A DNA stretch of 61,583 nt, filler included. It is 5 parts of 5 records of this genome, joined end to end, with 100 filler letters (N's around TTAATTAATTAA, not from the genome) between each part and the next. Parts side by side here need not be neighbours in the genome. Positions count along the whole stretch, not along the records: positions 49,573 to 61,583 come from DRR378314_1269; 4 more parts are not named here. The stretch is one strand, 5' to 3'. The position numbers were made by a program, and so were the translations under genes. Position 1 is the first letter of the stretch. Each line of letters opens with the position of its first letter. The notes beneath the pieces are model-generated. The model saw only the letters and a list, made by a program, of their open reading frames with translations, had not been told where the DNA came from and ran no database searches. Shown here piece by piece: positions 53,164-61,583 of the stretch.

Positions 53164-54002
53164 TTTTTCGCGACTTCGCGGGCAAGGGCGCAGAAGGCTT
53201 CCAGCGAAACTTGTTCAGCACGTTCGGTAGGTTTGATGCCCGCAGTCCGTAACCGGTCTTCCATATCCGGTGCCACACCTTTCAGCGAGGCCCGCAGCAT
53301 CTTGCGCCGCTGGTTAAAACCGGCAGCGACCACACGGTTCAGGATTGCCGGATCGGCTGGAAAGCGCGGTTCCGGCAGGGCGGTCAAATGCACCACGGCG
53401 GAAGACACCTTGGGCGGCGGTGTGAAGGCTTCCGGCGGCAGGTGCAATACAATGCGCGCATCCGCCCGCCATTGGGCCAAGAGGGCCAGTCGTCCGTAAG
53501 CCTTGGACCCGGGCACCGCGACGATACGTTCCGCCACTTCGCGTTGAAACATCAAGGTCAGGCTTTGCCAGAAGGGTGGCCATTCGGCGGGTGTCAGCCA
53601 GCGCACCAGCAGTTCGGTGCCCACATTATAGGGCAGGTTGGCGGCCACCCGGATCGGCGGTGTGAGATGTTCCAGCGGGTTGATCTCAAGGGCGTCGCCC
53701 TCCATCACCGTCAGCTTGCCGTCATAGGCGGTGCTGATTTCGGCCAGCGCGGGCAGGCAGCGGGGGTCTTTCTCGATCGCCAGCACATGGCGCGCCCCTT
53801 CGGCCAGCAATCCACGGGTCAGCCCGCCGGGGCCGGGGCCGATTTCAAGCACATCACAGCCGGTCAGGTCCCCCGCCTGTCGGGCGATTTTTGCGGTCAG
53901 GTTCAGATCCAGCAGAAAATTCTGCCCCAGTGATTTGCGCGCCGACAGCCCATGGGTCGCAATGACCTCGCGCAGGGGCGGTAGGGTGTCGATGGCGCTC
54001 AT
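53160..54002 (-). CDS. rsmA: 16S rRNA dimethyltransferase
   Basis: [33 protein letters not shown]. Confidence 0.97.
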   Translation of the reverse strand: MSAIDTLPPLREVIATHGLSARKSLGQNFLLDLNLTAKIARQAGDLTGCDVLEIGPGPGGLTRGLLAEGARHVLAIEKDPRCLPALAEISTAYDGKLTVMEGDALEINPLEHLTPPIRVAANLPYNVGTELLVRWLTPAEWPPFWQSLTLMFQREVAERIVAVPGSKAYGRLALLAQWRADARIVLHLPPEAFTPPPKVSSAVVHLTALPEPRFPADPAILNRVVAAGFNQRRKMLRASLKGVAPDMEDRLRTAGIKPTERAEQVSLEAFCALAREVAKK

Positions 54003-54973
54003 CGGTTCTGCCCCAAACGATGTGCCATGCGGATTGCCTCTATCATGCTGGTGGGGTTGGCGATCCCTTTGCCGGCGATGTCAAAGGCGGTGCCGTGATC
54101 AGGCGAGGTGCGGATAAAGGGCAGGCCCAGCGTAACGTTGACACCTTTGTCAAAATCCAGCGTCTTGATCGGGATCAGCGCCTGATCGTGATACATACAG
54201 ATCGCGGCGTCATAACGGGCGCGGGCGGCGGCATGGAACATCGTGTCAGCAGGCAGCGGGCCGGTCAGGCCATACCCTTCGCCCTGCATCTGCGTGACCA
54301 GATCGTTGATCCAGCTGCGTTCCTGCATGCCCATGGTGCCGCCTTCGCCCGCATGCGGGTTCAATCCGGCAATGGCAAGGCGCGGCGCGGCAATGCCAAA
54401 CAGGTCGCGCAGACCGGCATGGGTGATTTCGATCACATGACGCAGGGTCCGCGGGGTCAATTGCAGCGGCACCTGATCCAGCGCGATGTGGATGGTGGCA
54501 GGCACCACACGCAACTGGTCCGAGGCCAGCATCATCACCACATCCTCTACACCGGCCAGCGCGGCCAGATATTCCGTATGACCGGGATGGGAAAAACCTG
54601 CCCCGTCTTTCAGGGCTTTTTTGTGGATCGGCGCGGTACAGAGCGCAAGAGCATGCCCGTCCTGCACCAGTGCCACACCACGGGCGATCATCTCGATCAC
54701 ATGCGGGGCATGGACCGGGTCCGCGACACCCGGTTGACGCGGCCTGCCAAAATCCTGTGCCAGCACGGGCAGTGCGTCGGGGCTGGGATCAGCGGCTTCG
54801 CTGGCATGGTTCACAAGCCTGTGCGGCGTGCCTTCGGGCAGATGGCGCGGATCGCCGAGCCAAAGCATCGGCACCTCATGTGCCAGCGCAGCAAAGGCGG
54901 CGGCGGCGACCTCGGGTCCGATGCCCGCAGGTTCGCCGCAGGAAATCGCGACCGGCAGGGCGGGGCGGCTCAT
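53999..54973 (-). CDS. pdxA: 4-hydroxythreonine-4-phosphate dehydrogenase
   Basis: [42 protein letters not shown]. Confidence 0.97.
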   Translation of the reverse strand: MSRPALPVAISCGEPAGIGPEVAAAAFAALAHEVPMLWLGDPRHLPEGTPHRLVNHASEAADPSPDALPVLAQDFGRPRQPGVADPVHAPHVIEMIARGVALVQDGHALALCTAPIHKKALKDGAGFSHPGHTEYLAALAGVEDVVMMLASDQLRVVPATIHIALDQVPLQLTPRTLRHVIEITHAGLRDLFGIAAPRLAIAGLNPHAGEGGTMGMQERSWINDLVTQMQGEGYGLTGPLPADTMFHAAARARYDAAICMYHDQALIPIKTLDFDKGVNVTLGLPFIRTSPDHGTAFDIAGKGIANPTSMIEAIRMAHRLGQNR

Positions 54974-56202
54974 TGCATCAAGATATGCGCATCGGCGCGC
55001 AGCTGCTCCATGTAGAGGTTCGCAAACCCCTGCAATTTGCGCTGGCGCAGGGCGCTGATCACATCTTCGCGGCTGGCTTCGGCATTGGCTGCAGCGGTGC
55101 GGTTGCACAGCATCAGAAACACCAGTGTTTCGCCATTTGCACGGGTCAGGGCCGTTGAGACCTCGCCATTGTCCAGCTTGGCCAGTTCAAAGGCGATGTC
55201 CTGCGGGATCTCGGCCGGGGCCTTGGCTCCGCGTTCCAGCACCTCTTCCGGCTGGCCTTTGGCGATGGCGTAAAGATCATCACAGGTGTCAACCTCGCCG
55301 CGCAAACGGGCAGCCTGTGCCAATGTCGCCTCAGAGCGGCCACCGGCCATGTAATAGGCGGCATATTCAATCTCTGAATACACTTTGGCCGGTTTGCCGC
55401 TTTCCTCAATGCCGCGCAGCTGGAACAGGGCAACGGCGTTGGGGATTGGCAGCGGTGCTGTAACCTCACCGGGGGCCAGGGCCAGCAGCAAAGGGTGCAG
55501 CGATGGCGGCAGCTGTTTCAGCTGCGTCCAGGGCATGCGCCCGCCGCGCCCACGTGACGCGGTGGCGGAATATTGTGCGGCGTAGCGAGAGAATTCAGCC
55601 TCTGATTGGGACTGTGCGATGCGTTCGGCCAATGCCATCACCTGTGTGGCGCGCTGTGGCGGGGCAGGGATGATGATTTCGGATAACAGAACGCGCAGCC
55701 CGGAGCCGGTGGAACGCGTGTTGCCAAGGGCACGTTTGATTTCATCCTCGGAGACAGCGGCCTGACGGGAATAGCGGGCCCGGATCAGCTCGCGCCAGCC
55801 CAGCGAATTGGCCACAAAATCACGCAGGGTTTCACGCGACACGCCGGATTGTTCCAGCGCCTTAGTGAATTCAGGCAGGGTCAGATTGGCGCGGGAGGCA
55901 AATTCGCTCAGCCCCTCGTTCAGCCCTTCATCGGTTAGGGCGATCCCGGCCTGTGCTACGGCGACTGCGCGCAGCCGGTCATCAATCAACCCTTGCAAAG
56001 CTGTGTCGCGATCCGATCCCGGCGCGTTTAGCAGCTGCAAAAACCGCTGACGCTGCTGCACTTCAAATTCGGTGACCACCGTGTCGTTGATACGGGCGGC
56101 GGGGGCGAACAGGTTTTGTGCCTGCGCCATCTGGCCGCCAAGAACAATCGCGCCTGCAAGGGCAAGGCCCCGAAACACTGCTGATAATTTCATCTGTATC
56201 AC
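54970..56202 (-). CDS. surA: SurA-like peptidylprolyl isomerase/chaperone
   Basis: Signal peptide, VTEFEVQQR, LSEIII; position lptD-surA-pdxA-rsmA. Confidence 0.85.
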   Translation of the reverse strand: MIQMKLSAVFRGLALAGAIVLGGQMAQAQNLFAPAARINDTVVTEFEVQQRQRFLQLLNAPGSDRDTALQGLIDDRLRAVAVAQAGIALTDEGLNEGLSEFASRANLTLPEFTKALEQSGVSRETLRDFVANSLGWRELIRARYSRQAAVSEDEIKRALGNTRSTGSGLRVLLSEIIIPAPPQRATQVMALAERIAQSQSEAEFSRYAAQYSATASRGRGGRMPWTQLKQLPPSLHPLLLALAPGEVTAPLPIPNAVALFQLRGIEESGKPAKVYSEIEYAAYYMAGGRSEATLAQAARLRGEVDTCDDLYAIAKGQPEEVLERGAKAPAEIPQDIAFELAKLDNGEVSTALTRANGETLVFLMLCNRTAAANAEASREDVISALRQRKLQGFANLYMEQLRADAHILMQ

Positions 56203-58367
56203 CTTTTACATGAGCGATTATATTTTTGGTTGCCCGCCGTGGCTGAAAAGCCCCTTAGGCCCACGTTAAACCCCAAACTTGTCGTAGGCTCAACCGCCGT
56301 TGACGAAGAATAGCTGCGCGCCACCGAGAGATCGACGTTGACGCATTCATTGGTGTAGCTGACGCCAAGGCCTGCTGTTGCGGCACGATCGTCTGCCACG
56401 TTAAAGCGCCAGTCAGCTTTGACTTCCCAATTGTTGTTGATTTCATACCGCCCGGCCAAGAGGATTTCCGAAACCGCTTCATCACGGTCTTCAGCAGCAT
56501 CTTCGTCCAGCCATACATAGCTGCCAGCAAGTGATCCGCGTTTGAAACCCCAGTTGCCGCGCAATTCTGCTTTGGCAAAATGTAGATCTTTGTCAAACAG
56601 GCTGCGTCCAGACAGGGACAGCCCGTTTGGGGTCACAATCTGTGCCGCAAACAGGATATTGGACGACACGCCACCCAAGCCGGTGGTGATTGAGAAGTCA
56701 GGGTCGCTGTCGCTGCGAAACACCTGACCCAGTGAAATATGGCTGTCCCAGCCTTGCGGGTTGATCCGTGACCAGTTCAAGCCAACTGCCGCTACGGTGC
56801 CGCGTTCGCGCCGGTCCGGGCGGGGAAACCGTGACAGGGACAACAGGTTGCCTTCGTCAAATTCCACCCGCGTGCTTTCATCGTTGGGCACATTCAGACG
56901 GCGGCCCCGGGTCCAGCCGATTTGTGCAACAGGTTCCAGCAGCTGCGTCACACCGCCACCTTTGCGGCGCAGCATGGGATAGCGCAGGGCCAAGGCAGCC
57001 ACGGGTACGATGTCGGAATGGTTCTGCGCAAAAGAAGCATCCTGCGTGATGTCAAAGAAGTTAAAGCTGACACCGGTGCGCAGATCCGCAACCAGCCCGT
57101 TGTTCCATGTAAAGCGACGGCGCCAGTCCGCCTGTCCGTGTAGCCGCGCCACATCACGCCCGTCCGTGACCAGATCTGCGTCTGGTCCATCGGTATCGCG
57201 ATCCGAGTTGCGCCGATGCGCATGGGCTTGCAGACGCAGGCGCAGCTCGCCCCCTACGGTCTGTGGGAAAATGCGCCGTTCATATTCCCCGTCCAGCACC
57301 ACCGTGGGCAGGTTGTCGTTGATGTCATCGGCCCGCAGGCTTTCAAAGTTGTAGAAGCTTGCGCGGATAAATTCGTCGCGCCGTGCGCGGCTTGCGGTGA
57401 TCTGGCTTTCCAGCCGGTCTTCGACAAAATACCCGTATTCGTTCAGGTAGGCGCGGTCGGTGGTGGTTTCGATATCAAAATCCAGCTTGAAATCGCGCTC
57501 CAGATCGAAATCGCCGCGCCCGAATACATAGCCGCGCTGCTTTCCGGGCCGCTGGTCGTCACGGGTATAGGCTCCGTCAAAGGTGATGCGCCCCCGTCGA
57601 AAGGCTTGCCGATAGCGGAATTCAAGCGTGCGGGTGACACTGGACAGATAGGGCGTCAGAGTCAGGTCGCGGTGATCACCGAGTTTGATAAAATACGGGA
57701 TTTTCAGCCCGGTGCCCAATTGTGATGTGGTGCGGGTGGAAGGCACCAGAAAACCTGTCGCACGTTCCAGACCGGGGCCGGGCAAGCGCAGGCGCGGCAC
57801 ATAAAACACCGGCATGTTCAGAATGCGAAACTGTGCCTGATCGAAATAGAGCTGATCTTCAAGCTGGTCGTGGATCACCCGTTTGGCACGGATCTGCCAC
57901 AGCGGGGCGCTGCCGTCGTCACAGACTTTACAGGAGGTTACGGAAACTTTCGACAACTGGCTATAACGCCCCTCAACCCTGTCCACCTGTGCGGCGGCCA
58001 GTTGCAACTGCTGGTTCAGGATCAACCGTGCACCGGTCAGAATACCGTTGCGCATATCCGCGTCCAGCTGACCGGCATCGGCAAAAATCAGGGTCTCGCC
58101 GCCATCTGTCAGGGTGATCGGCCCCACGATGGTCAGGCTGCCGTCATTCTGATTATAGCGAACGGACTTCGCGCGAAGCCGGGTGCCATTCTGAAAGGCC
58201 TCGACGTTGCCTTGCGCAACCAAGGTGCGGTCGCTTTCAATAAACACCTCATCTGCGATCAGAATGGCCGCATTTGATTGGGTTTCCTGTGCCCGGAGCG
58301 CCACCGGCGATGACAGGGTGACAGGAAGCGACAGGGTGAGGGCAATCAACAGGGTCCGCAGCATCAC
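56199..58367 (-). CDS. lptD: LPS-assembly protein LptD
   Basis: LVAQGNVE, TSCKVC..PLWQIRA, RATGFLVP, YTNECV. Confidence 0.95.
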   Translation of the reverse strand: MMLRTLLIALTLSLPVTLSSPVALRAQETQSNAAILIADEVFIESDRTLVAQGNVEAFQNGTRLRAKSVRYNQNDGSLTIVGPITLTDGGETLIFADAGQLDADMRNGILTGARLILNQQLQLAAAQVDRVEGRYSQLSKVSVTSCKVCDDGSAPLWQIRAKRVIHDQLEDQLYFDQAQFRILNMPVFYVPRLRLPGPGLERATGFLVPSTRTTSQLGTGLKIPYFIKLGDHRDLTLTPYLSSVTRTLEFRYRQAFRRGRITFDGAYTRDDQRPGKQRGYVFGRGDFDLERDFKLDFDIETTTDRAYLNEYGYFVEDRLESQITASRARRDEFIRASFYNFESLRADDINDNLPTVVLDGEYERRIFPQTVGGELRLRLQAHAHRRNSDRDTDGPDADLVTDGRDVARLHGQADWRRRFTWNNGLVADLRTGVSFNFFDITQDASFAQNHSDIVPVAALALRYPMLRRKGGGVTQLLEPVAQIGWTRGRRLNVPNDESTRVEFDEGNLLSLSRFPRPDRRERGTVAAVGLNWSRINPQGWDSHISLGQVFRSDSDPDFSITTGLGGVSSNILFAAQIVTPNGLSLSGRSLFDKDLHFAKAELRGNWGFKRGSLAGSYVWLDEDAAEDRDEAVSEILLAGRYEINNNWEVKADWRFNVADDRAATAGLGVSYTNECVNVDLSVARSYSSSTAVEPTTSLGFNVGLRGFSATAGNQKYNRSCKR

Positions 58368-59461
58368 CCGTCCTCCACATGTAGTAACAGACCAAGCGCA
58401 AGCAGCACCGAGGCCACAGGCGGTGCCCAGGCAGCCAATAAAACCGGGATCTGGCCGTTTTCACCCAGAATTTGCGCAAAGCTGCGGATGAAATAGAGCC
58501 CAAAGCCCAGCAGCACCGCCATCAGCACGGCCACGCCGGTGCCGCCAAAGCGGGTGTGACGCATGGTAAAGGCGCTGGCTACCAGCACCATCGCCATCAG
58601 GAAAAGCGGGCGGGCAAATTCGGTTTGCAGCCAAACCTCGTGGCGGCGCGCAGAAAACCCGGCCTGTTTGAGCTGGCCGATGAAGGTCGGCAGATCATAG
58701 ATCGACACGGCAGCCGGTTTGCCGATGCTTTCCCGAATACGTTCCAGAGTCAGTGAGGATGGAAGCTGCAGATCGTCGAAATACTGCGCGTTGGCTTCGG
58801 CATTGACACCGGGGGTCAACGGCCATGATTTGACACCCTGTAAAGACCAGGCACCCTCGATCAATGCAGCACTTGCAGCTTCGATCCGCCGCACGGGTCC
58901 GTTTTCCATGTCATAGGAGATAAAGGTCACCTCATAGAGCACAGAGGCATCCGGGTTCGAACGCCAGGCGCGGATCACGGTTTGCCCATCCGCATTGCCC
59001 TGACGCAGCCACAGCCCTTCATCGCTGATCGACAGGGCAGATGCGCCACCCGCGCGATAGCTTTCGGAGAGTTGCAGATAGCGATTGCCGGTGGCCGCCA
59101 CGATGGGGTTCAGCATGCCGACCGCCATGATGCCGATCATCAGCGCCACAAAAACCGGGGCAATCAAGGCCCGCAGGGCAGAGCGGCCTGCGGCGCGTGT
59201 CACCACCAGCTCAGACGAACGCGCCAGCGAGATGAACAGAGTGATGGTTGCCAAGATCACAATCAACGGCAGGATCAGATTGATGGTTTGCGGTGCATTC
59301 AGGAAGGTCAGCCCCAGAATTCGCTGCCACCCCAAATCAAGCCCGCTGAATTTGCGCGCCTGTTCCACACCATCCACCAGCATGACCAGAGCAAACAGGA
59401 CGCTGCAGATCATCAAAAAGGCGAGCATGAAGCGGCGGGCGAAATAGACGTGTAGAATCAT
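58364..59461 (-). CDS. lptG: LPS export permease LptG
   Basis: LARSSELVVTRAAGRS, GLWLRQG, LAAWAPP. Confidence 0.93.
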   Translation of the reverse strand: MILHVYFARRFMLAFLMICSVLFALVMLVDGVEQARKFSGLDLGWQRILGLTFLNAPQTINLILPLIVILATITLFISLARSSELVVTRAAGRSALRALIAPVFVALMIGIMAVGMLNPIVAATGNRYLQLSESYRAGGASALSISDEGLWLRQGNADGQTVIRAWRSNPDASVLYEVTFISYDMENGPVRRIEAASAALIEGAWSLQGVKSWPLTPGVNAEANAQYFDDLQLPSSLTLERIRESIGKPAAVSIYDLPTFIGQLKQAGFSARRHEVWLQTEFARPLFLMAMVLVASAFTMRHTRFGGTGVAVLMAVLLGFGLYFIRSFAQILGENGQIPVLLAAWAPPVASVLLALGLLLHVEDG

Positions 59462-60588
59462 GGTGCTGCACGCCTCCGTCGCATGTTGTTCAGCCAGCTG
59501 GGATTGGCCACATGCCACAGCATCGCCACAACCATCATGCCGCCGACAAGCGAGGGCAGGTAAAGCAGCGGCCAGCGGCTGGCGTCTTCCCGTACAGTGT
59601 CCACCAGTGCGCCGCGCATGCCGTCAATGGCGATCAGCAGGGCAAAGGCTATGGCAATTTCGCGCCAGACGCCAAAACGTGAAAACCCGCCCACCAGTAA
59701 GGTGGCATAGCCGACTAGGGCCGCAATGATACAAAACAGCGGTTGGGCAAACCTTGCATGCAGCTCTTCGGCAATGACGCCCTTGGCATCACCGGTCAGG
59801 GTCGAGACCACGTCCCAATCTGCCATCAACCGTGGTGAGATGAGGTTGGAGGCGGTTTGCGACCCATCCGTGCTTTGGTTCACAAGGGCAGAGATATCAA
59901 AGGAAAAATCGCGGAATTTCGCGGTGGCCAAACGGGTATCGGATTTGTTCAACCGCTGGGCGAGACCATCCACCATGATCAGGGTTGTACCAGCCCCGTT
60001 ACGCACCAGATAGGCTTCGGCGGCGGTATAGATCACCCCTTCAGCCGGATTGCGCCGGTCTGACAGGAAAACATCGCGCAGCACCCCGCTGGAATCGATC
60101 ACGCGGGTGTAGAAGGTGACGTTTTGCGTGGGATGCAGGAATTGCCCTTCACGCAGCAAGCTGGCGGTGACGTTCTGCGAAATCTCGTTTTCACGCTGGG
60201 TCAGTTCGGCCTGTGCCATAGGCACCAGAAAATGGCTGAGCACACTCATCATCGCCGCGACACAAAGCCCGTAGATCAACACCGGCCGCGCCAGTCGCCA
60301 GGGGCTGGATCCGGTGGATTGCAACACGGTCAACTCTGACTCCGAGGCCATCCGATTGGTGACATAGACCGCGCCGGCAAAGGTGGCGATGGGCAGGACC
60401 GTGGTAATCAGCTTGGGCAGGCCAAGGGCGGTGAACTCAAGGAAAACAAGCGCGGATTGCCCGTCGCCGATCAGCCGGTCAAACAGGACCACAGCCCGGT
60501 TGATCCAGAACAGGGCAACCAGAACAAGGGCAAAAAAGCCAAAGAGCAGCAAAAGCTGTGACAGCATATAGCGGTCTAGTCGTGCCAC
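59458..60588 (-). CDS. lptF: LPS export permease LptF
   Basis: LDRYMLSQL, SESELTVLQSTGSSPWRLARP, ELHARFA. Confidence 0.93.
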   Translation of the reverse strand: MARLDRYMLSQLLLLFGFFALVLVALFWINRAVVLFDRLIGDGQSALVFLEFTALGLPKLITTVLPIATFAGAVYVTNRMASESELTVLQSTGSSPWRLARPVLIYGLCVAAMMSVLSHFLVPMAQAELTQRENEISQNVTASLLREGQFLHPTQNVTFYTRVIDSSGVLRDVFLSDRRNPAEGVIYTAAEAYLVRNGAGTTLIMVDGLAQRLNKSDTRLATAKFRDFSFDISALVNQSTDGSQTASNLISPRLMADWDVVSTLTGDAKGVIAEELHARFAQPLFCIIAALVGYATLLVGGFSRFGVWREIAIAFALLIAIDGMRGALVDTVREDASRWPLLYLPSLVGGMMVVAMLWHVANPSWLNNMRRRRAAP

Positions 60589-60746
60589 TCGTTCCTCCCC
60601 AAAGGTTCATTTGGCGCCAAACAGATTGATTTGGTCTGTTTTGACGCAATCATTAAAGCAAAATATGGGCGGGGAAAACTGCTAACTGGTCATGGGTGGC
60701 CCTTCACGCTAGGTCTTGTGTGAAATCGCAAACAAAGGCCCATCTC

Positions 60747-61583
60747 ATGACTGCTCTCACCCCGATCACCTTTACCGCCACCGACATTGACCAGATCGCC
60801 ACGCAGGAAGGCCGCGTCGCCATTTTTGTGGCCCCAGAGGGTCCTTTGGACGCAGGCGCGCGGCGGGTTAACAAGCTGACGCGCGGGGCGGTGCAGCGGT
60901 TGATGGACGGGCAGAAATTCGCCAAATCCAAGCCGGGTGAGGCCTTCTCTTTGGCCTTTCCCGTTGGCATGACCGCAGAGGCGGTGGACATCGTGCATCT
61001 GCCGCGGCGCACGGATGTGCAGGAGGCGCGCAAGGCCGGGGCGGCACTGGCGAAACTGCGTGGGCAGGCAGAGCTTTTGTTGATTGCCGCCAATATGAAA
61101 TACGTGGCCGAGGTCTGTTTTGGTCTGGTGATGCGGGACTACGGGTTTGATGATCACAAAACCGAGGCAAAAGAGCGCAGCGGCGCGGTGGTCGCGATGT
61201 GCAACAAGCCGGAGGAGGCCGAAGTTGCAGCCGCGCCCTTGCTGGCGATTGCGCAAGGCGCGTTTATGACCCGCGATCTGACCAACGCACCAGCGAATGT
61301 GCTGACCACAACAGAGTTTGCCGATCAACTGGCCGCGATGACCAAGCTGGGCCTGAAAGTCGAGGTTCTGGAGGAGGACCAGCTGGCCAAGCTGGGCATG
61401 CGCACCTTGCTGTCTGTGGGGCAGGGGTCGGACAGCCCGTCTAAGGTGGTTGTCATGGAATGGAACGGCGGGGCCAAGGATGACGCGCCTTTGGCGCTGG
61501 TCGGCAAAGGGGTGGTGTTTGACACCGGCGGTATCAGCCTGAAACCTGCAGCAGGCATGGAAGACATGACCATGGATATGGGC
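60747..61583 (+). CDS. pepA: Leucyl aminopeptidase (M17), truncated at window end
   Basis: TRDLTNAPANVL, LLSVGQGS, LVGKGVVFDTGGISLKP..MTMDMG; divergent from lptF. Confidence 0.93.
   Translation, partial: MTALTPITFTATDIDQIATQEGRVAIFVAPEGPLDAGARRVNKLTRGAVQRLMDGQKFAKSKPGEAFSLAFPVGMTAEAVDIVHLPRRTDVQEARKAGAALAKLRGQAELLLIAANMKYVAEVCFGLVMRDYGFDDHKTEAKERSGAVVAMCNKPEEAEVAAAPLLAIAQGAFMTRDLTNAPANVLTTTEFADQLAAMTKLGLKVEVLEEDQLAKLGMRTLLSVGQGSDSPSKVVVMEWNGGAKDDAPLALVGKGVVFDTGGISLKPAAGMEDMTMDMG

Noticed and set aside
60690-61328. 212-aa minus-strand ORF
   Set aside because: Antisense shadow of pepA, which runs off the window and is missing from the ORF track

Overview
The window is not one replicon. It holds five unrelated contigs joined by 100-nt N/TTAATTAATTAA spacers, as in a concatenated metagenome assembly. 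(1) 1-8510 is eukaryotic (protist-like) DNA with GT-AG introns and microsatellites, including a fully reconstructable 4-exon gene for a bacterial-type cupin. (2) 8611-23500 is a high-GC gammaproteobacterium (Alcanivorax-like): prs, tRNA-Gln, ispE, lolB, TPR protein, hemA-prfA-prmC-moeB, then a LysR / guanidine-family binding protein / BiuH-GuuH-like hydrolase cassette downstream of gatA-gatB. (3) 23601-44047 is probably the same taxon: prfB with its +1 frameshift, recJ, fadBA, an AT-rich putative anti-phage island (two HEPN genes, one split at an A10 tract, plus an Hna-like helicase-nuclease), a five-gene LpoB/COG3014/YcfL envelope operon and a TonB-dependent receptor. (4) 44148-49472 is Roseobacter-group DNA: asmA-family gene, pentapeptide/membrane protein, rimO. 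(5) 49573-61583 is also Roseobacter-group: prfA-prmC, DUF4167, rsmA-pdxA-surA-lptD-lptG-lptF, pepA. Best leads are the candidate guanylurea-type catabolic cassette, the defence island, the intron-containing bacterial-type cupin and the lipoprotein operon. All family and taxon calls come from motif recognition by eye; no searches were run.
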